Origin: Polyangiales bacterium
GTDB taxonomy: Bacteria; Myxococcota_A; Polyangia; Polyangiales; Ga0077539
Length of the DNA stretch: 64,000 bases
Reading direction: 5' to 3'
Assembly (NCBI GenBank): GCA_044229975.1
Contig: JBGARZ010000001.1
Span: forward strand, 896,001-960,000
Under the pieces are notes generated by a model that worked only from the letters and a program-made list of their open reading frames with translations, searched no databases and had not been told where the DNA came from. A program made the position numbers and the translations under genes. Below, one piece after another: positions 34,154 through 43,318 of this stretch (position 1 is the stretch's first letter; every line of letters starts with the position of its first letter).

Positions 34154-34915
34154 ATGACCCCCGCTCGGGTCTTCGATCACGCCCTCCTCCTCCTCGCGCT
34201 CCTCGGTGTGGTGCTGCTCGTGCTCAAGCGCGAGCTGCTCATCCCGTCGCGACGCGCCCGCTGGGCCCTGCGCCTCGGCTTCGTCGCGTGGGCATTGCTC
34301 TGGGTATCCGCCACGCCCGCGGTGTCCGGCGCCCTCGTTCGCGCGCTCGAACCGTCGCTCCCGTTGGCCGCCGCGGTCGTCCCTGTTGCGACGCGCGCAC
34401 AGACGGCCTTCGTGGTGCTGGGTTCGGGTGTGCTGCCCGCGATGGCGGGTGTGCCTCCCCGCGAGCGGCTCGACAGCGCAGCGCGCGCTCGCACCTACGG
34501 GGCCGCGCGGTGGTTTCAGCCCACCCAACCCGCGGCGGTGATCGTCTCGGGCGCGAGCGCCGGCCCCAACCCCAACGCCTCGGCCGAGGCCATGGCGGAC
34601 GCGCTCGTGTACGCGGGCGTTCCGCGCGAGCGCATCTGGTTGGAGCCGCGCGCCACCGACACCCGCGACAACGCGCGGTACAGCGTCGAGCTCGGTCGCA
34701 CCCGCGGCATCACGCGCTTCGTGGTCGTGACGTCGGCGCTGCACATGCCCAGGGCGCTGCGCGAGTTCCGTCGCGCGGGGGTCGATCCCGTCGCGGCGCC
34801 GGTCGAGTACCTCGGGCCGAGCTTTGGCGGCGTGACCGAGTGGTTTCCGGCGGCCTCATCGCTCGGCCGCACGCAGCAGGTGCTGCACGAGCTGCTCGGG
34901 ATGCTGAAGCCGTGA
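34154..34915 (+). CDS. YdcF/ElyC (DUF218) family membrane protein
   Basis: N-terminal TMs; VVLGSG, VIVSG, DTRDNA, VVTSALHMPRA, LHELLG. Confidence 0.9.
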   Translation: MTPARVFDHALLLLALLGVVLLVLKRELLIPSRRARWALRLGFVAWALLWVSATPAVSGALVRALEPSLPLAAAVVPVATRAQTAFVVLGSGVLPAMAGVPPRERLDSAARARTYGAARWFQPTQPAAVIVSGASAGPNPNASAEAMADALVYAGVPRERIWLEPRATDTRDNARYSVELGRTRGITRFVVVTSALHMPRALREFRRAGVDPVAAPVEYLGPSFGGVTEWFPAASSLGRTQQVLHELLGMLKP

Positions 34916-35023
34916 CATAGACTGTCCGCCGAAAATTCAGTGATCTGTTCAGTGCTGGTCAGAATCACACCGTTGCCAGCGACCCCACCAAAGGGGAAAG
35001 CAGTACGGAAGGGTAGAGACGCC

Positions 35024-35209
35024 ATGCACGACGACGATCAGGACGAGGGGCTCACCACGGCGGGGGCCCGCTACCTCATCAGCGACCGCGACCTCGACGC
35101 CCTCGCGGAGGCCGAGATGGCCTTCGCGCGTTGGGAGCAGACGCGCCGCTGGTGGCTCGTCGGCTGCCTCGACGACCGGGCCGCGCTCGACAAGGCCAAC
35201 AGCGCCTGA
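35024..35209 (+). CDS. Small acidic hypothetical protein (61 aa)
   Basis: ATG after purine-rich gaagggtagag; GC3-rich codons; 20 nt upstream of the nucleotidyltransferase. Confidence 0.5.
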   Translation: MHDDDQDEGLTTAGARYLISDRDLDALAEAEMAFARWEQTRRWWLVGCLDDRAALDKANSA

Positions 35210-35229
35210 CCGACGCGCAACCAACGCGC

Positions 35230-36087
35230 ATGGCCACCCGGTTGAAGGCTGGTGCTGTTCAGGCGCTGCTGCTCTCCCGTCAGCGGGAGCTGCTCCGAGA
35301 CGTGGCGCGCGAGGTCGGCGCGGAGGTGTTGTTCCTGAAGGCGGCGTGGGCAGACGCCGCGCTGTTTGGAGGGCGCGGCGATCGGGTGGGCAGCGACCTC
35401 GACGTGCTCGTCACCCCGGAGCGCTTCACCGACTACGCCAACGCGCTCGAAGCCCGCGGCTTCACCCGCTACGAGCCGGTCACCCACCGCGCGACCGTCA
35501 CCCTCGGCTCCAAGGAGTGGACCTACTCCCACCCCGGCGCGTGGATGCCCGTCGACCTGCACCGCGAGCTCGCCGAGCCGCCGTGGTTCACGTTCGATGT
35601 CGCAGCGGTGCTCTCGCGCGCCGTGGAGTGGCCCGCGGTGGGCGGCCCCATCCGCTCGCTGGGCCCTGAAGACCAGGTGCTCTACGCGGCGGTTCACTAC
35701 GCCAACCATCTCTACGAGATCGACGATCGACACGCGGGGGACATCGCCCGCCTGCTCACGTCGCACGCCGTGGACTGGTCGCTGATCTACCGCGAGGCCG
35801 ACCGCGGGGGCATGCGACTCATCGCGGAGGTCTTCGCCGAGCACCTGCGCGCACGCGGCCTCGACGTGCCCGCGCCGCCGTGGCCCGCGTCGGCGTTCAC
35901 ACGACTGCGACGCGACTGGGTCGGCCGCTGGGTCGACGTGGGCGCGACCTTCGCGCGGCGGAGTGCTGTGGGGAGGTACACCGGGCTGCTGTTGGAGCGC
36001 CCGGTGTTGAGTGATCGATGGGAGGCGCTGCCCCGTTGGGCGCTCAGGTACGCGGCCTTGCGTGCGCTCGACCGCGTCCTGCGCTGA
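35230..36087 (+). CDS. Nucleotidyltransferase family protein (NTP_transf_5-like)
   Basis: LFLKAAW...RVGSDLDVLV (DxD), VDLHREL, LGPEDQVLY..VH, DIARL, VDW. Confidence 0.85.
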   Translation: MATRLKAGAVQALLLSRQRELLRDVAREVGAEVLFLKAAWADAALFGGRGDRVGSDLDVLVTPERFTDYANALEARGFTRYEPVTHRATVTLGSKEWTYSHPGAWMPVDLHRELAEPPWFTFDVAAVLSRAVEWPAVGGPIRSLGPEDQVLYAAVHYANHLYEIDDRHAGDIARLLTSHAVDWSLIYREADRGGMRLIAEVFAEHLRARGLDVPAPPWPASAFTRLRRDWVGRWVDVGATFARRSAVGRYTGLLLERPVLSDRWEALPRWALRYAALRALDRVLR

Positions 36088-36097
36088 CCCTCCCGGG

Positions 36098-36265
36098 TCA
36101 GGTGTTGGCGAACCCGCCCTCTTCGTCACACGCGCCGGCGTTCTTCCCGCCGGAGCCCGTGTCACACGCGAGGCTATAGGTCTCCAGTGGAAGGTCTTCG
36201 ACGACGCGCGGTGCTTCGTACGGCAGGAGGGCGGAATGGTTGGGCATGGTGTTCTCGGGGGACAT
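36098..36265 (-). CDS. Putative RiPP precursor peptide (55 aa, YxxP leader, two Cys)
   Basis: GAGGAG RBS 7 nt before ATG; MSPENTMPNHSALLPYEAPRVVEDLPLETYSLACDTGSGGKNAGACDEEGGFANT; same strand as and downstream of RRE and rSAM genes. Confidence 0.8.
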   Translation of the reverse strand: MSPENTMPNHSALLPYEAPRVVEDLPLETYSLACDTGSGGKNAGACDEEGGFANT

Positions 36266-36299
36266 GGAGTGACTCCTCATGGAAGGTTGAAGCGGCTGC

Positions 36300-39200
36300 T
36301 CACCGCACGATGAACAGCGCACCAGAAGCGGTCTGGGTGAAGGCCGCGTCGACGGCTCCGTCGCTGTCGATGTCGCCCACCCACGACGTGCTGGAGATCG
36401 TGGCGGCGCTGGTGCCTGTGGGCGACACCACGAAGCGATCGGCCGTGTCGGTGGTCTGCCCCGCCCAGGAAGCGCGGCCGCGGTATGCGTAGAAGCGTGC
36501 CGCGCTGTTGAGCTGATACGCGGCGCTGCCGAGGAGGAGGTCGGCCGAGGGGGCGCCGCTCAGCAGCAGCGAGGGGCGCACCTGCGTCGGGTCGGTGATG
36601 GAGGCGATGGAGCGACCGAAGATGTCGAGCAGGGCGCCAGCGGCCGTGGTGCGAACGCTCCCGCCCGCAGCGAGACCGCCGTCGGTGCCGCCGAAGTACA
36701 GGAACACCTCGCCCGCGCCGCCAGTGGTGCCGATGTTGCCCACGGCGAAGTCGCTACGACCATCGCCGTTGATGTCGCCGACACCCGCGACGACGTTCTG
36801 ACCGTTGGCCGCGGTCGAGCCGGTCACGCTGCCGGGCACCTGACCCGGGCGGGTGAAGGTCGCGTCGGTCGCGGTGAGCGAGAGCGGGGTCGCGAGCGAC
36901 CGGCCCGCGAACACATACGCCGCCGCCGGGGTGCCCGACGCGCCGCCGCCGATGGCGAGATCTTCGAGCAGGTCGTTGCCGACCAGGCGACCCGCGCCGG
37001 CGAGGGAGATGCCGAACACCGTCGCCGTGCCGCTGTTGCGGATGGTGAGGTCGGCACCGTTGGGGGAGAGCGTGGCGGGCCAGGTGCGGCGACCGCGGAA
37101 CAACACCACCGCGCCGCCGCCCGTCGCGATGGGCGCGGCGATGGCGACGTCGTTGAGGTTGTCGACGTCGCCATCGAAGTTGCCGACGCGAGCCAGCGTG
37201 GCGCCGAGGCGGGCCGGGGCGAAGTCGCCCGTGCCACCGCCGATGGTCACGTTGGCCTCGGACGCGAGGTAGGCCATCGCAGTGCCCGTGCGCCACATGG
37301 CGGCCGGGCGGCCGAAGAAGAGGTACACGCTGCCCGCGCGGGTGCCCGACGTCGGGCCCGGCTCGCCGATGGCGATGTCACCGACGCCGTCGCCGTTGAT
37401 GTCGCCGAGCGACGCGACCACGGTGCCGAAGCGACCGTCGGACACCGAGCCGCGGAACTCGGTGAAGTTGGTCTCGGAGAGCCCGGTCGCGGAGCCGAAG
37501 TAGATGCGCGCGAAGCCGCCGGCGCTCGTGCCCTGGGTGGACGAGGCCAGGAGCACGTCCGAGATGCCGTCGCCGTTGAGGTCGAACCCACCGGAGACGG
37601 CGTTGCCGAGCAACGGCGACGCCACGGTGATCTGATCGACCACCACGTCGGGCGTGAGCGGGCCGGCCGAGACCACCGTCGCGCTCGTGTTGCCCACTGC
37701 GTCGAAGGAGCGCATCGCGAAGTAGTAGGCCCGACCGAGCTGGAGGCCGTTGATGTCAGCGGTGTTCGCAGCGCCGGGGGTGCCCGGCGTGGCCGTGATG
37801 ACGGCGAGCGTGGCGCTGGAGAAGTTGGACGCGGTGATGGCGGCCGCGGAGTAGCGAACCTCGTAGCGGCCCACCGGGCGAGTGCCGGTGCCCGAGGGGT
37901 TGGCGTCGGAGCCGTCGTTCCAGGTGAGGCGGACGATGCCCGCGCGGCGCGCCGAGCGCGGGGTCGTCGGGATGGCAGCCACGAAGTCGGTCGGTGCCGT
38001 CGGGATGGCCGTGTCGACCACCACCGTGACCGATGCCGTGCCTACGCCGCGGCCCGTGACTTCGGCGGTGGTCGCCGTGAGGTTGACGGCGTCGCCCTGC
38101 GGGAGCGTGACGCCCGAGAAGGTCACCGTGCCGCCCGCAACGGTGCTCGTCACGGCGGTGCCGCCGTTGATGCGGAGGCTCACCACCGTGCCCGCCGGGG
38201 CGTCGGAGGTGAGCGTCACCGTGGTCGTCGCCGTGGTGAAGAGGGCGCCCGCGGTGGGGGCCGTAAACGCGAGCGTCGGGGGGTTGCCGACGGTGACGGT
38301 GCACATCCCGTTGGTGGTGCTCGCGTTGCCTGCCGGGTCGGTCGCCGCCAGCCGCAACGTGGTCACGCCCGGGAAGAACTGTAGATCGGAGAAGGTGCCC
38401 GTGCCGCCCGTCATGGTCGGCGCCGTCAGCGGAATCTGCCGCGGCATGTCGCCCATGCGTTCGAGCGTGAGGTTGATGGGATAGGCGTCGCTGCTCACGA
38501 TGACGGCGGCGCGCGCAGTGCCATCCGTGCCCGGCGCCACGATGCGGTTGCAGTTGAAGATGTTGAGCGTGGGGGCCGACGAGTCGACGTAGAGCACCGA
38601 GGCCACCGAGGCGCCGCGGTCGCCCGTGGTGTCGGTCACCTGCACGCGAATGGTCGGGCCGGTGGGCGCGGGAGAGGACGGGTCGGTGCGGGTCGGCGAG
38701 GTCTCCGGCAGCGTGACGTTGGCGAAGCGGGCGATGCCGACGAAGCCCATGCCCAGCGTCGCGCAGGGGTCACCCGCCATGGTCGGGGACACCGTCGCCG
38801 TCGCGATGGGGGCCGCCACCATGTCGCGGAGGAGCTCGGCGGTGCCCGACATGCGGTCGGTGCAGGCCACCACCTCGGCCTGGAGGCCCGGCGCCGTGGT
38901 GTCGCGGTCGCGCGCCGCGTTGAGGATGGTGCCAGGGTCGGCCGCGTCGTACGCGACCGGGGCCACGATGCGCACCGACGGCAGCGCCGACTGACAGCGC
39001 ACGTTGGCGATGGTGCTGCGAGCGACGTTGCCCGCCGCGTCCTGCGTCGAGACCTCGACGGTGAAGGGAGCGCCGCCATCGGGACAGGTGACCTGCACGC
39101 ACGCGTCGGTGGTGGCCGAGGCCGGGACGTCGGCGCAGCCCGCCGGGTCGGCCGGGGTCGAGCCCATCACGTTGGCGCACACCCGGCGCCCCGCCGCGTC

Positions 39201-40100
39201 GCTGCGCGCGCACACGTTGAACTGCACGCCCGCGACCGCGGTGTTGACGTCACCCGAGAGGCCGATGGTCGCGTTGGCCATCGGGCTCTGCACGGTGAGC
39301 GTGGGCGCCACCGAGTCGACGGTGAAGCGGCCCTCGGCCGAGCGGCCCACGTTGCCCGCGCGGTTGGTGCACGTCGCGCGCGCCACGAACTCTCCGTCGG
39401 GCGCGAGCGCCACGTTGTTGAAGCGAGCGACCCCGGCCATGACGGCGGCGCGCAAGGGCGTCGCGGTGCCCGTGATGGCGAGCTCGACCTCGCGGCCGTC
39501 CTCCACGTCGGTGCCGACGGTGAAGGTCGTCGCGAAGGGCATGCCCGCGGCGGCGGTGCTGTCGGTCAGGTTGAGCGTCGAGCGCATCGGCGTCGCGATG
39601 GAGCAGCGGGGCACCGCGCAGCTGACCGAGAGCGTGGTGCGACCGCACGGCGCGCTCTCCCCGGCGACGCGCACCTCCAGCGAGGACATCGCGCCGGTGT
39701 CGAACTGCACCGCCTCGAAGCGCACCGTGGGGCCGCTCACGGTGGCGGTGGCCACGCTGCGGGTGTTGACGAAGAGCTCGAGCCGGGTGCCCACGGCCGC
39801 GTTGGTCGCGAGCTGCACCGTGTACGCGAAGCCGTTGCTGCAGTTGTTGTCGGCGTCGTCGGCGACGCCCAGCACCGCCGCGGCGGTCGGGCGCACGAAC
39901 TCGATGGACGGACAGAGCGCGCCCGCATCGTTGCCCGCGTCGTTGCCCGCATCGTTGCCAACGTCGGTCCCGGTGTCGCCGCCCACGTCGCCACCGGCGT
40001 CACCCGCGTCGCCCGCAGGGGCAGGCGGGTCGTCGGAGCAGCCCACGGCTGCGGCGGCGAGAAACGGAAGCAGCAAGCCCAAACGGATGCGATGCGCCAT
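36300..40100 (-). CDS. Large surface lipoprotein: Ig-like/FnIII domains plus C-terminal FG-GAP (integrin-alpha-like) propeller
   Basis: AVGC lipobox; DAG-repeat linker; DxAGN Ig-like motifs; YYFAMRSFDAVGN; DLNGDGISD, GDINGDGVGD, GDINGDGRSD, GDIDSDGAVD Ca-binding loops. Confidence 0.85.
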   Translation of the reverse strand: MAHRIRLGLLLPFLAAAAVGCSDDPPAPAGDAGDAGGDVGGDTGTDVGNDAGNDAGNDAGALCPSIEFVRPTAAAVLGVADDADNNCSNGFAYTVQLATNAAVGTRLELFVNTRSVATATVSGPTVRFEAVQFDTGAMSSLEVRVAGESAPCGRTTLSVSCAVPRCSIATPMRSTLNLTDSTAAAGMPFATTFTVGTDVEDGREVELAITGTATPLRAAVMAGVARFNNVALAPDGEFVARATCTNRAGNVGRSAEGRFTVDSVAPTLTVQSPMANATIGLSGDVNTAVAGVQFNVCARSDAAGRRVCANVMGSTPADPAGCADVPASATTDACVQVTCPDGGAPFTVEVSTQDAAGNVARSTIANVRCQSALPSVRIVAPVAYDAADPGTILNAARDRDTTAPGLQAEVVACTDRMSGTAELLRDMVAAPIATATVSPTMAGDPCATLGMGFVGIARFANVTLPETSPTRTDPSSPAPTGPTIRVQVTDTTGDRGASVASVLYVDSSAPTLNIFNCNRIVAPGTDGTARAAVIVSSDAYPINLTLERMGDMPRQIPLTAPTMTGGTGTFSDLQFFPGVTTLRLAATDPAGNASTTNGMCTVTVGNPPTLAFTAPTAGALFTTATTTVTLTSDAPAGTVVSLRINGGTAVTSTVAGGTVTFSGVTLPQGDAVNLTATTAEVTGRGVGTASVTVVVDTAIPTAPTDFVAAIPTTPRSARRAGIVRLTWNDGSDANPSGTGTRPVGRYEVRYSAAAITASNFSSATLAVITATPGTPGAANTADINGLQLGRAYYFAMRSFDAVGNTSATVVSAGPLTPDVVVDQITVASPLLGNAVSGGFDLNGDGISDVLLASSTQGTSAGGFARIYFGSATGLSETNFTEFRGSVSDGRFGTVVASLGDINGDGVGDIAIGEPGPTSGTRAGSVYLFFGRPAAMWRTGTAMAYLASEANVTIGGGTGDFAPARLGATLARVGNFDGDVDNLNDVAIAAPIATGGGAVVLFRGRRTWPATLSPNGADLTIRNSGTATVFGISLAGAGRLVGNDLLEDLAIGGGASGTPAAAYVFAGRSLATPLSLTATDATFTRPGQVPGSVTGSTAANGQNVVAGVGDINGDGRSDFAVGNIGTTGGAGEVFLYFGGTDGGLAAGGSVRTTAAGALLDIFGRSIASITDPTQVRPSLLLSGAPSADLLLGSAAYQLNSAARFYAYRGRASWAGQTTDTADRFVVSPTGTSAATISSTSWVGDIDSDGAVDAAFTQTASGALFIVR

Positions 40101-40153
40101 GGTGGATCCCCGTCAGAATGGAAGGTTCGAAGCGTGTGAGGTCGCGGGTTCTA

Positions 40154-41446
40154 TCACACCCGGTCGCTCGCCGGTGTGCTGCATGGTTCAGAGGGTGACG
40201 CGTGTAAAGGTGCGCCGTCTCGCCGTCGCCGGAGGGTCACGAGCTCTCCGCCGTCGGCTTTGTTCCCGTGCGCCGGACGGAGCCACTCGAACCTCCGCGC
40301 GAGGGCCTCGTCACCCGGGCTACGCACGTCGCGCTCGGGTCGGATGACCCCGCTCGCCACGATGGAAAACGGGCCCACCGCCGGATCGCGGTCGGGGCCG
40401 CAGTCCGCCGACGGCGGGAGCACATCCAGGCCGCCGGCCGCCGCGGCATACCGAGCGCGAGCGCGGGCGCAGGCCGAGGCGTAGGGCCCCAGGTAGTCGC
40501 CGCCCTCGTGGAGCGCCGTCGCGTGGCAGCGCTGACAGGCCGGAAGCAGGTCGCAGTCCCGACAGCCGTGAATCCGCGACCAGGTCAAGCCCTCGAACAG
40601 CGCCCGCTCGGGCGCCGCATCGAGCGCCGCGGAGAGGGACTCGCGCGTGAGGTCGGCGAGGATGGATGGGGTATCTGTGCACGCTTGCAGCCGCCCGTCG
40701 GGCAGCACGACGAGGCCCGAGCGGCCGACCCCGCACGGATACTTCGCGAGCTTCTCGGCGCGCGCCGCTTCGGCATCGGCGGGCGGCGACCAGGGTTGGA
40801 GCAAGCCCTCGCGCAGCAGGTCTTCCGGGGTGACCCGAACGGCCCATGGGTCGTCCGCGCCGTCTTCGCGCATCGTGAGGTCGGTCGAGGGGTGATGCTC
40901 GCAGCCGAGCCGCAGGGCGAGGGCCTCGACGGAGCGTGTCCCCTTGAGCGAGAGCGTGGTGGCGGGCGTCTTGAGCACCACCCGCACACCGCGCTCGCGG
41001 AGGGCCGAGATGGCGCCCGCCGTGCGAACGAAGGAGCCCGGAACGCGGGTGACGGCGTCGTGCTCGGCCGCCTCTCCCGAGTAGAGGCTGATGTGGACTT
41101 CGAGCAGGCCGATGAGCGCCAGCGCGTCGGCGTAGGCCGCGTCGATGAGGAACCCATTGGTGAAGAGCCGCACCGCGAATCCACGGCCGCGCGCGTGGCG
41201 CAGGATGTCGAGCAGGTCGGGCCGCAGCGTCGCCTCGCCGCCGCTCACGTTGAGCGTGAACACCCCTGCGTCAGCGATGCCGTCGATGACTCCGCGGAGC
41301 TCGTCGAGGGACAGCTCGCCCTTCTCGCCCTGCACCTGGTAGCAGTGCTGGCAGGCGTGGTTGCAGCGGTCGGCCACCTGGAGGTGAACGCCCATGGGCC
41401 GCCCCTGCCGCGTGGCGAGCGAGCGCAGGAGGTCGGAGCCCTTCAC
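40154..41446 (-). CDS. Radical SAM/SPASM domain peptide maturase
   Basis: CNHACQHC (CxxxCxxC), SGGE, FTNG, HDAVTRVPGSF; SPASM CGVG...DGRLQAC and CxxCx5CxxCx18C. Confidence 0.93.
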   Translation of the reverse strand: MKGSDLLRSLATRQGRPMGVHLQVADRCNHACQHCYQVQGEKGELSLDELRGVIDGIADAGVFTLNVSGGEATLRPDLLDILRHARGRGFAVRLFTNGFLIDAAYADALALIGLLEVHISLYSGEAAEHDAVTRVPGSFVRTAGAISALRERGVRVVLKTPATTLSLKGTRSVEALALRLGCEHHPSTDLTMREDGADDPWAVRVTPEDLLREGLLQPWSPPADAEAARAEKLAKYPCGVGRSGLVVLPDGRLQACTDTPSILADLTRESLSAALDAAPERALFEGLTWSRIHGCRDCDLLPACQRCHATALHEGGDYLGPYASACARARARYAAAAGGLDVLPPSADCGPDRDPAVGPFSIVASGVIRPERDVRSPGDEALARRFEWLRPAHGNKADGGELVTLRRRRDGAPLHASPSEPCSTPASDRV

Positions 41447-41724
41447 GGGGCCTCCACCGCGGGGCGCAGGAGGCCGCGGGCCACGAGGTCGTCGAGGAAG
41501 GCCACCACGTCGGCGTTGGCGGTGGCCTCGTCGACCGCGAAGCGCTCGCGCACGGCGGCCACGAGCTGGTCGATGGTGGCGCCGTCGCAGCGCTCCCAGA
41601 GGAAGCTCCCGACGGCGTTGAAGAGGCGCACCCGGCTGGTGTCGAGGGAGATCACCGCCACCTGGTCGTCGTAGCGTCGCCAGACCGCATCGCGTGCGTG
41701 GTGGACGGTTCGTTGGGCGTTCAT
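41443..41724 (-). CDS. PqqD-family RiPP recognition element (RRE)
   Basis: 93 aa; LFNAVGSFLWERCDG.TIDQLV...RFAVD...DVVAFLDDLVARGLL. Confidence 0.93.
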   Translation of the reverse strand: MNAQRTVHHARDAVWRRYDDQVAVISLDTSRVRLFNAVGSFLWERCDGATIDQLVAAVRERFAVDEATANADVVAFLDDLVARGLLRPAVEAP

Positions 41725-42482
41725 GGCGGTGAGGTCGTCGGGTGGAGGGCGGTGTCGAGGGCCGCAAGATAGCCCGGCCCCCAGGGCAAGCCTAGCGTCA
41801 AAGCCCGCACGCGGCCGCCCAACGAGAGGGCGACGCCCGCCCGGACTCGTGCGTGGGGGTCCTCTCCCCGGGGGCGCGTCACATGAGACATCAGGCGCAT
41901 CGTTGCCGTAGAGCCCGGCATCCATTCAACCGTGGCCAGGGAATGGCGATGGACGAAGGCCAGGGCCACGAGCGGCGAGCGATCGGGCGCCTCCAGCTCG
42001 GGCGCGGCCTCGCGGTTGAACGGCATCGCGCGCACCCTCATCGACGAAGGCCCGTCGCCCCCTTCGACGAGCACCGAGTTGGACGCGAAGGCCCGCTCGC
42101 CCGCCGCGCGCACGGCGGTGGTCTTGCCCACCCCGGGTGCGGCGATCAGCAGCGCGACCCCGCCCTCGACCCGCACCGCCCCGGCGTGCAGGAGGAAGCA
42201 CCCGTGGAGGGGCGCGTCGCGCGCGACCAGCTCGCACACCGCGGCCAGCCACGGTGCGTGCCGGGCGGGGTCATCGATGATGGTGAGCTGATCGTGGTCA
42301 GGGTGCGCGGTGAGCGCGAAGCCGACCTCGGCATCGGTGGGGAGCGTGGGCGCCAACGAGACCGTCACGCGGCGCGCATCGACCGGTGGGTCGCAGAGCC
42401 ACGGTCGCAGAAGCGGATGGGGCGGCGGCCCTTCGAGGGCGAGCGCAACGGGACCGAAGCGCAAGCCGTAGGCAGCGCTCAC
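41721..42482 (-). CDS. HPr-kinase-related P-loop protein B (lacks the DD motif)
   Basis: LLHAGAV...LLIAAPGVGKTT; FASNS where family members carry LSDD. Confidence 0.75.
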   Translation of the reverse strand: MSAAYGLRFGPVALALEGPPPHPLLRPWLCDPPVDARRVTVSLAPTLPTDAEVGFALTAHPDHDQLTIIDDPARHAPWLAAVCELVARDAPLHGCFLLHAGAVRVEGGVALLIAAPGVGKTTAVRAAGERAFASNSVLVEGGDGPSSMRVRAMPFNREAAPELEAPDRSPLVALAFVHRHSLATVEWMPGSTATMRLMSHVTRPRGEDPHARVRAGVALSLGGRVRALTLGLPWGPGYLAALDTALHPTTSPP

Positions 42483-43318
42483 GCGAGCCAGCGGTCGAGC
42501 AGCGGCAGCACCGGCGCCTCGCGCGGCAGGGCCAGCGTCACACACGGAACGGCGCCGACGAGGTGATGCGCGTGGTCGAGCAGCGACGCGGCCGCGGGGT
42601 CGCCCTGCGCGAACCACACCATCGACTGGAGCGCGTCGGCGAAGGCGGCCGACGGGGAGCACGCGCCGACCGCGAGCGTGTCGGCCTTGCGGAGAAACAC
42701 CAGCGCCCGCAGACGCGCCCGACGCGGGACCGTGGGTCGTCGCCACTCGCCGACGAAGGGCAGCGAGAGGGCGTCCCACCCATCGGCCGTGCGACGGATG
42801 GCGACGAGGTCGTCGGACAGAACGTGGGCCTCGGGGAGCTTGCGCGCGGTGGTGGTCTTGCCGCCGCCCGAGCGGGCGATGAAGAGCACCGCCCCGCGCT
42901 CGTCGGCGTAGCCGCAGGCGTGGACCATCGCTCCCTGGCGGGACGGGAGCTCGGTCGCAAGCTGGAGGCGCAGGGGCGTGTCGATGGGCGTGACGTCGTC
43001 CATGGGGACGTCGGTGTGGACGGTCGGACGCACGAGCGCTGTCGCGCGATGTCGACCCAGATGGACACGCGTCTCGCCGTCGGGTCGGAGGAAGCGCAGC
43101 GCGCCGTCGGGCTCGCGCCGCACGTCGACCCCCGGGAAGCGGTTGAGCACCGGCTCCGGCAGCGACCACGCGGGGTCGACGGTGATGTCGAGGTGCAGGT
43201 CGGGCGCCGCGCCGTCGTCGAGCGCGACGTAGCGACCGAAGCGCAGGTCGGCGTGACCCTCGTGGATGGGCCCGGTGGTGGCGACGGCGACGCGCAGCCC
43301 GGCGATGTCGAGGATCAC
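42479..43318 (-). CDS. HPr-kinase-related P-loop protein A
   Basis: MVHACG...LFIARSGGGKTT, VLSDDLVAI, LPFVGE. Confidence 0.82.
   Translation of the reverse strand: MILDIAGLRVAVATTGPIHEGHADLRFGRYVALDDGAAPDLHLDITVDPAWSLPEPVLNRFPGVDVRREPDGALRFLRPDGETRVHLGRHRATALVRPTVHTDVPMDDVTPIDTPLRLQLATELPSRQGAMVHACGYADERGAVLFIARSGGGKTTTARKLPEAHVLSDDLVAIRRTADGWDALSLPFVGEWRRPTVPRRARLRALVFLRKADTLAVGACSPSAAFADALQSMVWFAQGDPAAASLLDHAHHLVGAVPCVTLALPREAPVLPLLDRWLA

Noticed and set aside
40154..41724. PQQ (pqqDE) or mycofactocin biosynthesis
   Set aside because: No pqqB/pqqC or mft accessory genes; the peptide lacks ExxxY and IDGxCGVY cores.
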